Shown piece after piece: positions 44,426-57,182 of a DNA stretch of 64,000 nt. Both the position numbers and the translations under genes were made by a program. Source of the DNA: Sminthopsis crassicaudata (lineage: Eukaryota); NCBI RefSeq assembly GCF_048593235.1, contig NC_133619.1:62944454-63008453 (forward strand), given 5' to 3'. Each line of letters begins with the position of its first letter. Position 1 is the first letter of the stretch. The notes under the pieces are model-generated. The model worked only from the letters and a program-made list of their open reading frames with translations, did no database searches and was not told where the DNA came from.

Positions 44426-45079
44426 TGTGACCTTCCAGAAGGGAAGACATTTCTGAAACATTTGATGCCACTTTAAAAAGTTTACTTAACCATAGCCAGA
44501 TACAGGTTAAAAATGAAGATACTATATTGATTGAACTCAGCTCAGCCCAGCTCAGCGGGTACTGCTTCTGCTTATCCATAATGGTCTGCAGGTCAAGCAT
44601 CAGAAGAGAGATGGAGTGCCTCATAATTATTTTGTATTCAGGTGATAAAGAAACCACATCAACATCAAGAGATATAGTGTCATAAGCCAATTAAATTTCA
44701 GAGATAGTTTTAATATCACTTCCCTTTTAAAAAATAGATTTTTATTGATGTTTTTATTTTTACATCATTTATTTTCCCCCTGTATCCCTCCTACTCTGGT
44801 CTCTCAAATAGACATTTTTAACTAAGAATTTTTTTTAAGAAAAAAAGCAAAACTGATCAAAAAATGGAAAAAAAATCTAATGTCATATTAATAACTATAT
44901 TAATAAAATGTTAATTAATATAACAATAGTTGTACTTCATATATTACATACAGTGTTTCATAGCCATGGACTCTAATTTTTGCAAAGAAGAAGGATTTTT
45001 TTTCTCCTCATGTATTTTCTTTGGGACCAAGCCTATTTTTTGTGATGTTACAATATTTACTTTTAATTACTTTGTGGTT

Positions 45080-45966
45080 ACCTGTCAGATTGGCTAAGAT
45101 GACAGGAACAAATAATGATGAATGTTGGAGGGGATGTGGGAAAACTGGGACACTGATGCATTGCTGGTGGAGTTGTGAAAGAATCCAACCATTCTGGAGA
45201 ACAATCTGGAACTATGCCCAAAAAGTTATCAAACTGTGCATACCCTTTGACCCAGCCATACTACTACTGGGCTTATACCCCAAGGAACTACTAAAGAAGG
45301 GAAAGGGACCTGTATGTGCCAAAATGTTTGTGGCAGCCCTTTTTGTGGTGGCTAGAAACTGGAAGTTGAATGGATGTCCATCAGTTGGAGAATGGTTGGG
45401 TAAATTGTGGTATATGAAGGTTATGGAATATTATTGCTCTGTAAGAAATGACCAACAGGAGAAATACAGAGAGGCCTGGAGAGACTTACATCAACTGATG
45501 CTGAGTGAAATGAGCAGAACCAGAAGATCTCTGTACACTTCAACAATGATACTGTATGAGGATGTATTCTGATGGAAGTGGAAATCTTCAACAGAAAGAA
45601 GATCCAACTCACTTCCAGTTGATCAATGATGGACAGAAACAGCTACACCCAGAGAAGGAACACTGGGAAGTGAATGTAAATTGTTAGCACTACTGTCTAT
45701 CTACCCAGGTCACTTATACCTTCGGAATCCAATTCTGACCGTGCAATAAGAAAATTGGATTTACACACATATATTGTATCTAGGTTCTACTGTAACACAT
45801 TTAATATGTATGGGAATGCCTGTCATCTAGGGGAGGGAGTAGAGGGAGGGAGGGGAAAATTTGGAAAAAAATAAATACAAGGGATAATGTTATAAAAAAA
45901 ATTACTCATGCATATGTACTGTCAAAAATTTTATAATTATAAAATTAATTTTAAAAAACTAAAAAA
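45080..45966 (+). mobile_element. 5'-truncated young L1 with intact ORF2 C-terminus and 15-bp TSD, nested in an older antisense repeat
   Basis: Open frame PVRLAKMT...CWRGCGKTGTLMHCWW...LYEDVF* (stop 45572), 3'UTR, A-rich tail; TSD AATTACTTTGT(G/A)GTT at 45065-45079 and 45967-45981. Confidence 0.93.
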
Positions 45967-47039
45967 AATTACTTTGTAGTTTATTGTTCTTTCTATATAC
46001 ATTATTTTAGTGTTTGCTATTTTTCTGGCTTTGCTTATTTAATTTTTCATCAGTTCATATAAATCTTTCCATGCTTCTCAGTCTTCATTTTAGTTGTTTC
46101 CTACAATATAGTAACATTCAATCATACTTATACATCACAATTTATTTAGGCATTCCCCTCCTTTGCTACCACAAAAAGTCCAGCTATAAAAATTTGTACA
46201 TATGGAGCCATTTTTTTTTTGTCATTGACTTACTTGAGATATATGCCTAGAAATTTTAATAGCTTTTAAGGAAAAACTTCACATTGAAGATTATTCATTC
46301 TCACCCTACCTCCAAGATTAGAATCATCCATTCTCAGTGCATCAGGGATTAGACTCAAATACTTCTTATGGAGCAAGGCATATGCTCTGATCCTTCCATG
46401 GGGATAACTGCTGTGGCCTTTTACTATGTGACTAACAAGCTCCTGGTTGATCCCTATGCATCTCTGTGACTGGAGAAGACCTTGGGAAACTGCTCTCAAC
46501 TACAATATGGCACTATTTAGGTCCCCTCTAAATGGATTATTACCAAAAAATTTAGAAAATAAAATGGATTATTACAGAGTTTCTTCTACAAAATGTACTC
46601 AATGGGCAAACTCAATATGGAGTATTGAACTGGTATTTGTTTTTTCTATCACAAAATTCTTAAAATACACAAAAAAGTCACATGTCCACATGAGCAAATA
46701 TTCAAACATGAAACAACAATCCACTCCCTAAATAATTCTCCAAAAGGGCAAAAATGTTTTGTAGAATTGATACGAATTATTATTTTACTTTTATCTCTGA
46801 CCACTCTGCAACTCACAGATATGGCACTTCTGAAACTAGAGCATGGTCTGTGTTGCCTTAACTTTTTCAGCTACAGCATCTTTCAGATTCTAACCTCACC
46901 ATCATGCTGCTCACTCAGCTCTGAGTTGACACTTCCTTCTCAGCCTCCCCTCCCCTCTGATTGGAGAGCTGGTGGGTAGAATACCAAATTCTTCCTTGTT
47001 GTTGTTATTTAGTCTCTTCAGTCATACCTGGGTCTTTGT

Positions 47040-47230
47040 GACCCTATTCAGGGTTTTGTGGGCAAAGATACTGAGTGGTTTGCTATTTCCTTCTCCAGCT
47101 CATTTGACAGATGAGAAAACTGAGGCAAACAGGATAAGTGACTTGCCCAAGGTCATACAGCTAGTATCTTAGGTCATATTTGACTTCAAGTCCTCTTGAT
47201 TCAAGCCAAGGTTTGTACCTAGCTGCCCAA
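47040..47230 (-). mobile_element. Mar1/MIR-like SINE
   Basis: GGCAAAGATACTGAGTGGTTTGCTATTTCCTTCTCCAGCTCATTTGACAGATGAGAAAACTGAGGCAAACAGG. Confidence 0.75.
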
Positions 47231-48831
47231 ACTCTTCCCAGTGTATTCTTTTGTAGAAGACAGAAAGTGGGCTCTGAGCTCACTCCACTTTGCTTCTGCT
47301 GTTCTGCCTTGTTTCAGTTCCATGGGACAAGGGCTTGGTACCATTTTGTGTTCCATTCCACTCTGCACTTTCTTGATTCCTAGAACATAGTCCTTAATAA
47401 ATGTTTAAACAATTGGATTGGATTGGAGTTTCTCCTAGTAGTGTATCTGGTAGGAGACAAGAAGCTCCTCCCAATAGTCAACCTGTGTCAACTCAAGATT
47501 TGGAAATCTTAAGCTCATGAAGAAACATCCATCTTTATCTTTCCTTCCCTGAATGAGAAGGATTAATAGTATGCTATCAGGGGCTAGGACACATGAGTTT
47601 TGCCAATCCTCCACAACATTACTGTGAATGATTTGTGTGATACAAGGAATATAGGAAGCATTTGTCCCAAGGTCCCATAAAGTGTCTTTACCTTAGAGTA
47701 AGTTTAACCAAGATAATGGGTTATTGGAGCATTTTATTTCTATATTTGTTCAAAGACAAGTTGAATCTTTTTCACTTGTGCATTTTCTTTAATGGATAAT
47801 TTTTTTTCATCTTCTACATAAACATTGTACTGATTTTATGTCCATTTGGGGATTGGACAATCTTATATCCACTTCTAGGGAAATCCAGGCACTAAGCATT
47901 TATAAGCTTTATTCAGATTTTCCCAGAATTTTACTCTAGGGTGAAGGCAATGATCCAAAGAGAGAAACTGACCTTTGGAAAATCAGTTCCAGGTCCATGT
48001 AAGCCAGAGTCTTTGGGGGAGTTCATTTTAGAGGTCATTTAAGATGCAAAGGTTTGATTTTAAACCCTGGTTCTTAGTCCATTGGGAGGAGCTACACACA
48101 CTTTTGGATTTTGTCTAAATTTATTTATTTTCTTTTAAACTAGATACTTTTCCTTTGCAGGAAATTGGTAGGAAATTCCACTTAGAAAGCTATATAAATT
48201 ACAAGGATATATTGGAGAAAATTATAGGTGGCTCTATGAATAATCAAAAAATGACAAAAGTTGAAAGGGACTTTTCATGCCTTTCAAAACCCAAACCAGG
48301 ATTACTTCCACTATCTACCTCCTCTGCCCCTAATCACATACTGCTGAATGACTCTAGAGAAAGTTGACTGCTCTACAAATTTGTTTTCTCTAAACCAAGA
48401 ATTCTCAACCTGGAATTTGTGAATTTTCATTGTTGTTGAAACTGTTTTATTTGATTTATTTAATGTTTCCCCAGTTATGTTCAAAAAACTTTTTTTTTAA
48501 TTTTTGAGTTTTAAGTTCTCTAAACATTTAAACATTTCCATACAAATCAAGTTGTAAAAGAAAACATATTTCTCACCCTAACGAAAATAAAAACCTCAAA
48601 AAAAAAAAAAACCTGTTTAAAAAGAAAGAGAGAATGCTTCAATCTGTATTCAGACATAATCAATTCTTCTCTGATATGGATAGGATTTTCATCATAAATC
48701 CTTCAGAGTAGTCGTGGATGATTGTATTATTGAGAACAGCAAAATTATTTACAGCTGGTCATCCCAGAGAATTACTATTATTTCATATATAGCACATTTC
48801 ATTTTGCTTGAGTTCATGGAGGACTTTCCAG

Positions 48832-48834
<3 letters not shown>

Positions 48835-48905
<71 letters not shown>
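48835..48905. repeat. (TG)n microsatellite, ~35 units, within an antisense L1-like remnant
   Basis: Direct reading. Confidence 0.95.
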
Positions 48906-48909
<4 letters not shown>

Positions 48910-49682
48910 TTGTATGTTTCTGGGAGCATCTTGCTCATCATTTCTCAAAGAAAATAAAATTCCATGTGATGTTTTTAAAAAAAAATATTTTTTGATCATT
49001 GATTTCAATTTAATTGGTTACCTTTGTAATCTTCTATGTCATATATTTAAAAACAATATTCTAAGAAGTGGTTAATAGGTTTTACCCAACTCTAAAAGGC
49101 TCCAAAGCACAAAAAAAGATTAAGAAATCCCTTATCTAATGGACCCTTACTACAGTAAATTGGTGCTTTTCAAATAGGGTCATGAAAAGGCTGAAAAGCA
49201 GCAGATGGATTCGCTATACTATTCACCACATTAGATGTTTTAAAAATTTTTTCTCCTTACCTCCTTGACTTTTTTGGCTGAAGACCTTGCCTCATTTTTA
49301 CTGAAAACTTTTAAATTAAATAAAAATTTTAATTCTAAACTTAACAGATACCTTCCAGTGAGCGTTCCTATACACAAAATAGAATACAAAAGATTATATA
49401 CAAAAGCATAAATCTCAAGTCCATATAGCATGCTTTTGAAAAAAAAAATATAATAAATTCAGTTTTATTTTCCAAGTTTTCCTGCTAACCTGTGTCTATT
49501 TAACCTGCTCCCTTTTGTTTTCCTTTTTTTTTTCTTTTTAGCCTCACTCTTGCCAGTTTCCATATCCACCAACTGATTTACAGATTGACACCTGAAAACT
49601 GCCTCAACTAAACAAATATTTCTAAAAGAGTCTGCTCTTATGCAGTGATCCAGAATCCAGTGGAGAAGTCCCTCAGAGCTGC

Positions 49683-49847
49683 TTTTTTTTTTTTTTTTTT
49701 TTTTAATTGTTTGATCAGGAATTAAGGTTAAGTGACTTGTCCAGGATCTCACAGCTAGTAAGTGTCAAATGTCTGAGATCTCATTTGAATTCAAGTCCTC
49801 ATGATTGCAGGACTGGTGATTTATCCACTGGCCACCCAGCTGCCCTA
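49683..49847 (-). mobile_element. WSINE1-type SINE
   Basis: Poly(T) then GGTTAAGTGACTTGTCCAGG...TTTGAATTCAAGTCCTC...CCCAGCTGCCC. Confidence 0.85.
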
Positions 49848-50650
49848 ATTGGAGCTACAGCTGCAGCTTTCCACTGTTGATGTATCCTGCCCCACTTTGT
49901 ACTTCTGTTTGTTTAAGTCACACCTAAATAGACTTCTCCTATTACTCTGTGTCAGTCTTCCAGGCTCCATTGTTCACACAGCCAGCCTGATCACTCGCTG
50001 GCCAATCCGTGGTGTTGAGAACTGATTAATGCAGGATTTGTGTTGACTCATGCTATTTCAGCTGGGCAGTTAATTAGTACTGAATTCTATTTCCTAGTTG
50101 CTAAATGCTGGTGGATGCTGACCCAGAACGATTGTGAGGAGGATGCATCACGTGTTTCTGCTTGTGTATTCCCTGTCCAAGGCAAAGCTAGTTTGAACCT
50201 TCCTTAGGATCATGTATTCAAAAGCTGGAAGGAATTTCCTGTTAGTGGAGAGTCTGGCTGCTTATTCCTCAGCCTAAGTCCCACACCAGAGGGGTACTGA
50301 TGCAATTGATACATGGTACTTAGCCTTGGGAATAGAGAGAAAGGTAAATGGTCAGCTCATCCTGCTACAGAGCAAACTGGTTACATATTTACTATAAATA
50401 TCTATGTCTTATTAACGCTTTCAAAACTTGAGACTGTCAAACACTGTCAGGAATATTTATAAAGTATTCAGGCCCCACTTATGTACTAGTTTGGATCCTG
50501 AAAACCAGAAATTTGTGTTAATGACTGTTGGGTCATTGGAATCTTTGAAAAAATATTTAGAGAGCAGTAGAGCTCTATTTAGAGAGTAGAGAGCATAGCT
50601 TCTTGGGGGAAAAAATAAGTACCTGAGTCACTTGGATAGGATTTCCTTTG

Positions 50651-50795
50651 AGTAAAACTCTTTTTTTTTTTCCCCCCTGAGGTAATTAGGGTTAAGTAAC
50701 TTGCCAGAGTCAGTAAAATTCTTTTTTTTTTTTTTTTTTTTTCTTAAGTAATTAGGGTTAAGTGATTTATTTGCCCAGGGTCAGTAAAATTCTTT
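50651..50795 (-). mobile_element. Tandem pair of truncated SINE 3' tails
   Basis: Two ~70-bp units [T-run GTAATTAGGGTTAAGT...TTGCC..GTC] separated and flanked by AGTAAAA(C/T)TCT. Confidence 0.65.
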
Positions 50796-52639
50796 AAACA
50801 GTAGTTCCATAACTGCTTTTAGGACTCATGAATCATTCAGGTGGCTAAATTTCTTTGATCCCTAATTGTTTCAGTTTTCTATTTCTATTCCAAAGTGATA
50901 CCACAAGGTAAAGGGTTTAATATTTATTTCATATTGCCACCTTCTTACAATTCTGCATTTCAGCAAAAATAGTCTTCCTGCTGTTTCTCACCTCCACACC
51001 TTGAATAGGTTGTCCTTGATATCTGGAATGTTCTTCCTCTTCCCATTCACACGATTAGGATCCCTAATTCTTTTCAAGAATGAGTTCAGGTGTCTCCTGC
51101 TGTAAGGAAGATACTTTTTAAAACATTCTTTTTTATTATTTTGAACTTGTCAAACATCAACAAATATGAGCATGGCAATATACAAATAAGAACAGAAAAA
51201 GATTGCATGTGGATCCATGAACTTATACAGCAGGATTTTAAAAAGTACATTATAAATTCAACATGCTCATTTCAAAGTTTCCTTGTCTATGTCTATTTCT
51301 GAACTTCCTTCTTATTTCTTATGTGCATTAAAAACAGGNNNNNNNNNNNNNNNNNNNNNNNNNNNNNNNNNNNNNNNNNNNNNNNNNNNNNNNNNNNNNN
51401 NNNNNNNNNNNNNNNNNNNNNNNNNNNNNNNNNNNNNNNNNNNNNNNNNNNNNNNNNNNNNNNNNNNNNNNNNNNNNNNNNNNNNNNNNNNNNNNNNNNN
51501 NNNNNNNNNNNNNNNNNNNNNNNNNNNNNNNNNNNNNNNNNNNNNNNNNNNNNNNNNNNNNNNNNNNNNNNNNNNNNNNNNNNNNNNNNNNNNNNNNNNN
51601 NNNNNNNNNNNNNNNNNNNNNNNNNNNNNNNNNNNNNNNNNNNNNNNNNNNNNNNNNNNNNNNNNNNNNNNNNNNNNNNNNNNNNNNNNNNNNNNNNNNN
51701 TTTAAAAAAAAACTTGTTTAAAAAAAAATCCACATTTAATTCTCCTTGAGAGTTCAGATCCTACTCATCATCACCAGCTGGTTAAGTCCTCAGAGTAGTG
51801 CTATTACTACTCCCAGAGTTCTAAGAAGTGACTCAGTGGGTGTCTATAGTCTTAGGTTTTGGCTGATGAACTATTAGTGTGATTCTCCTCAATAGTCAGC
51901 TAGGAGACCCAGTTCTAGCAAACACACTTTTTTTTTTTCAAATAGCATAGCAAAAACAGCAGTTTTAAAGCTGACATGAGGGCTCTCACCCTCCCACAAG
52001 TATATCCAGAGTCTAGGAAGACCAAAGAGTTGCAAACACTTAAAGTTGTATTTTGACACATATGTCAGGACAAAAATAATCAAGGCAACTTATAACTACA
52101 GAATCGTGTCTTTTATTCTAGTTTCTTCCCAGTATTTGTTCCTAGTTGCTCAGATGTTCAACTGGATTTACTCCTCCTAGGGTCTGGTGTCAAGGTGATC
52201 TGCTGGACCTGCTTAATGCAGCCATGGTGGCTATTCTGTCTTCCCCACTAGGTGGGTTCCATTGCTTGCCTTTAGTACTATTCTTAGGCTTCAGAATATC
52301 AATGATCTACTGGTCTCTTGCCAGTGCTCTTCAATCGACAATTATAATCTTTGGTCCTCAGATGGGCTAAGTGACACTGATCTCTCCTCGGATGGAATAT
52401 ATTATTGTGCTCCATCTTTTTTTCAGTGAGGGACAAAATCCTAGGCTTTATTTACCATTCTTGGTGGGGAACTACTTTACCTAAAATAGCAAACACACTG
52501 AATAAACAAATCTCCAATAACTCTAAGTGGAATATAAGCCGCCTGCTGTTAGTGAGCAAGGCTGTTTAGTTTTCTCCTTTTTTATCTCAGAACCTAATAG
52601 TAAGCCTTGTAAAGGCTTAATACATGTTTGTTGCTTTTT

Positions 52640-53125
52640 GAAAATCACGTTTTGGATGCTAAGTGAAGTGAGTAGAATCAAGAGAACATTGTACACAGCA
52701 ACAAGAAGATTATGTGACAATAAACTGTGATGGACTTGGCTTTTTTCAACAATGAGGCGATTCAGAACAATTCCAATAGACTTGTGATGGAGAGAGCCAT
52801 CTGTATCCAGAGAGAGGACAGACTATGGAGATTGAATGTGGATCACAATATAATATTTTTACCTTTTTGGTTTTCATTCTAATTTTTTTCCCTTTTTAAT
52901 CTGATTTTGTACAGCATGATATGCTGATTTTTCCTTGTACAGCATGATAAATGTGAAAAGACGAATAGATGAATTATACATGTTTAACATTGTTTGTTGT
53001 CTAGGGTGGGGTGGGAAAAGGGAAGGAGAAAAATTTGGAACACAAAATTTTGCAAGGGTGAATGTTGAAAATTATATTTGCATATATTTTGAAAATAAAA
53101 AAGCTATTCTTTTAAAAAATAAAAG
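52640..53125 (+). mobile_element. L1 3' end fragment
   Basis: GATGCTAAGTGAAGTGAGTAGAATCAAGAGAACATTGTACAC...; 3'UTR and A-rich end. Confidence 0.75.
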
Positions 53126-53754
53126 AAAATCATGTTCTACCTCTTCTCCCAGGACAAGTTCAGAAGGGATGTTAATGTTTTTTGAGCACAACACAGCAAC
53201 ATAATTGTTTAAAAAGGCAGAAAAAAATTTAAAGTATGCAAAATCTTAATAGCATACACCTTTAAGTTATTTTTGTATGACTAATTGCAGGTTTTGGTTT
53301 GGTCTTGGGATACTGGCTTTGGTCCAAGTTCAAGTATTGTTGATGTTTTTTCCTGACTAAGCACCTTCACTGGAGAATATTGGTCAGAAGAAAAACTTGG
53401 ATATCCAGTTCTTTGGTATATTGAAGTAATCTTTATTGAATAACACATGAATCATGGATATCATTTGGTACCATTTCTATTCAGTCCTTAAGGATACAAA
53501 CAAAAGGTGCCCTGGCCCTAGAGTTTATGGGGTCTCCATTGGTCCTATCTTTTGTAGGCTAATGGCCCTTTTGCTTACAGAGGCCTAAAAGTAAACTTAG
53601 TTCTTAAACTTCACTTATGTTATAGACACCTCTAACAGTTTGCTAAAGCCTATAGGGCCTTTTCTTTGAATAATGTTTTTTAAAAATCGTTCTCAATTAT
53701 ATATGAATTTTTTAAACATTCATTTTCAAAATTTTAGTTCAAAATGTTCTTCCT

Positions 53755-54102
53755 CACTGGGAAATGAATGTAAATTGTTAGCACTATTTTCTATCTATCC
53801 AGGTAACTTATACCTTCGGAATCCAATTCTTACCATGCAACAAGAAAATGGGATTTACACACATATATTGTATCTAGGTTATACTGTAACACATGTAAAA
53901 TATATGGGATTGCCTGTCATCTTAGGGAGGGAATAGAGGGAAGGAGGGGAAAATTTGGAAAAATGAATACAAGGGATAATGTTATAAAAAAAATTACTCA
54001 TGCATATATACTGTCAAAATTTTTATAATTATAAAATTAAAAAATATTAAACAATATTAGTCAATAACAAAACAAAACAAAACAAAAACAAACAAAAACC
54101 CC
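53755..54102 (+). mobile_element. L1 3'UTR-only insertion with (AAAAC)n tail and 13-bp TSD
   Basis: Close match to 45660-45950; TSD AAATGTTCTTCCT at 53742-53754 and 54103-54115. Confidence 0.88.
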
Positions 54103-55949
54103 AAATGTTCTTCCTTCCCTTTTGCCTTACAGGAAAGCAATTTATTATATATATAAAGTCATGCAAAACATATTTCCATATTAGCCATATTGCAAAAGAA
54201 AACAAAGGAAAAAAACAAGAAAAATAGAGAAATTTTAAAAAAGGATAGACTTTGATCTGTATTCAGGTTATTAGTTCTATCTCTAGAATGGAGAGTATTT
54301 TTTATAAGTCCTTCAGAATTGTTTTGAATCTTTTTATTCCTCAGCAAAGTTAAGTTGGTCATTTTACAATATTGCTGTTATCATGTGCAATGTTGTTCTC
54401 ACTTCACTTTGCATCAATTCATATAAGTCTTTTTCCAGATTTTTCTGAAAGCATTCTACTCATTTCTTGTAGCATAATAGGATTCTATCGCAATCATATA
54501 CCACAATTTATTCAGTCATTGCCCAGTTAATGGGAGTTTCCAATTCTTTGTCATCACAAAAAAAGCTGCTATAAATATTTTTGCATAAATAGGTTCTTTT
54601 TCCTTTTCTTGTACCTTTTTTGGATATAGACCTAGTAATGGTGTTCCTGGGTGAACAATATGTACAGTTTTAAAGCCCTTTGGGTGTCATTCCACCCTAT
54701 TAAATTTTTAGAGAAATGTGACTTTCACTGAGAGCTACCTATCACACTTACGCTATGCCCAATTACAGAAATAGACTGTCAAAGCAAATGAGATACTTTA
54801 AGAATCATAGACATATTTATCTCAAGAAAAGTACCTTATTTTTCTGCCATTGTTCCATAATTAGTGCTATTTAAAATTATTCACTATGAAGCTTCTAAAG
54901 TGGATGATCTACTTTAATCTTCCTAAAATCAGATATGCATTCACAACAGTCCACTTCTAAATCAGATAGTAGGCAACCCTTACTCAGAAGCTGTTTCTGG
55001 ATATTGAACCTTCCATTTTAATTTTTAATTGCTGTCTGTGCCTGGAAGGCTCTTGGAATAGTCTTAACTACCATCTATTTGCTCTGCCAATTTAATAAAT
55101 TAGCTAAAACTAGGTAATTAAATCCAACAATGACATATTTAGACCATTTTTCTTTCAGGATAAGGCTTAAATTGTTGAATGGTGTTATATTCAAATTTGC
55201 TATAAAAGGTTATTTTATATTTAAAAACAAGTTTTTATTGATATTTTCTGTTTCTTAGATCACCATAGTTATTCTAAATATCACTCTTTTCCCCCCCTGT
55301 CAGAGAATCATCCCACATGATAAATAGTATTTTTTAGAGGCAAAACAATTAGCATAACTGATAGATCAGTGGAAGAAATCTGGAAAACATGTACAATGTG
55401 ACATACCTATGGACCTGGCACCTCTATCAGGGGATAGATTGGAGGTGGCTTTTCAACTCTCATTTGAGTCCTGCTTGATCTTAACTTTGCTACATTTACT
55501 TTTGATTTTTTGGTGTGTAATTCTTTCCATTAAATTGTCATAATTACTGTTTATATTGTTTTCTTGGCTCTGCTTACTTCACTCTGCATCAGTTATTATA
55601 GATCTTTCCATACTTCTCTGGATTATACACAATACACACCCACATACTTCTTATATAGTACAGTAATGTCCTATATTTACATGTACCACAATTTGTATAG
55701 CCATTCTTTAATTGATGAGTATTTATTTACTCTATTTACAATTTTTAGCTATCACAAAAAGTGCTGATATAAATATTTGGGAGAATATGGGGACATTTTT
55801 CTATTCAAGGCTTCCTTGGGCTGTAATCCAGTAATAGAATTTCTGGTTCAAAGGATGTGGCCCTTGTAATCACTTTATTTGTATAATTTCAGATTACTTT
55901 CTGAAATAGTTGTACCATTTCACAGCTCTCCCAATAATGTATTAGTGTT

Positions 55950-56095
55950 GGGGTACCTAGGTGATGAAGTGGATAGAACACTACCTCTGGAATCGAGGAC
56001 TTGAGTTCAAATTTAATTTCAGATACTTGATACTAAATGTATGACTTTGGGCAAGTCACAACTCCTACTGCTTTGTCCCCCACCAAAAAAAGTGT
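55950..56095 (+). mobile_element. tRNA-derived SINE (WSINE1-like)
   Basis: GGGGTACCTAGGTGATGAAGTGGATAGAACA head, GAGTTCAAAT B-box, flanking TGTATTAGT duplication. Confidence 0.7.
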
Positions 56096-57112
56096 ATTAG
56101 TATGCTGTACTTTGACAAGCCCTCCAACAATGACTTACCATTTTTTGGGGGTCATTTTTGTTTATTTTCAGGGTATGAGATGAAACTTTAAGGTGTGTTT
56201 TTTTTTTAAATAATAGTTTTTCATTCCCCTTCCCCATTGTTACATGTTGAAAAGATTTTTAGCAACATTTTTACAAGATTTTGATTTCAAAATCTCCCTC
56301 ACCACTTCTGAAGATGGGAAGCAGGTTGATATAATTTATACATATGCTATCATGTAAAATGTATTTCATATTTGTCACAGTTGTGAAAGAAGAAACAGAT
56401 CCAAGAAAGAATAAAGTGGAAAATTTGCTTCAAGATGAATTCTCAGTCCATCAGTTCTGTATCTGTAGCATTTTCCTTCAGGAATCCTTTGTACTTGTCT
56501 GAGATCACTGTTGCTGACAAGAGCAGAGTCAGTCATACTTGATTATTACACAATGTTGCTGATACGTGTACAGCATTTTCTTGGTTCTGCTCATTTCACT
56601 TTGCATCAGTTTGTATTAATCTTTCCAGGTTTTTCTGAAATCTGCCTGTTCATCATTTCTTATTGCACAGTAGTATTCCATTACATTCATATCCTACAGC
56701 TTGTTCAGCCATTCCCCAACTGATGGGATTCAATTTCTAATATTTTGCCAGCATGAAAAGGGATGTTGTAAATGCATATGTGGCTTTTTTCCCCTTTTTA
56801 ATGACCTCTTTAGGATACAGACTTGATAGTGGTATTGCTGGGTCAAAGGATGTGCAGAGTTTGGGCATAGTTCCAAATTGCTTTACAGAATAGTTTGGAT
56901 TAGTTCAAAGCTCCACCAACATCAATGTCCCAATTTCCCCACATTTTTTCCAACATTTATCACTTTTTTGTCATACTGACCANNNNNNNNNNNNNNNNNN
57001 NNNNNNNNNNNNNNNNNNNNNNNNNNNNNNNNNNNNNNNNNNNNNNNNNNNNNNNNNNNNNNNNNNNNNNNNNNNNNNNNNNNNNNNNNNNNNNNNNNNN
57101 NNNNNNNNNNNN

Positions 57113-57182
57113 CCAGATTTGAACTCCGGTCCTCCTGAATTCAAGGCCGGTGCTCTATCCACTGAGCCACCTAGCTGCCCCC
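57113..57182 (-). mobile_element. WSINE1 5' half (remainder in the adjacent N-run)
   Basis: CCAGATTTGAACTCCGGTCCTCCTGAATTCAAGGCCGGTGCTCTATCCACTGAGCCACCTAGCTGCCCC. Confidence 0.85.

Noticed and set aside
47430-48360. Possible processed pseudogene or DNA-transposon remnant on the minus strand
   Set aside because: Short stop-riddled frames that I could not match to any protein; needs tblastx or RepeatMasker.
52245-52256. CTCF-like CCACTAGGTGGG
   Set aside because: Single imperfect short motif with no supporting context.
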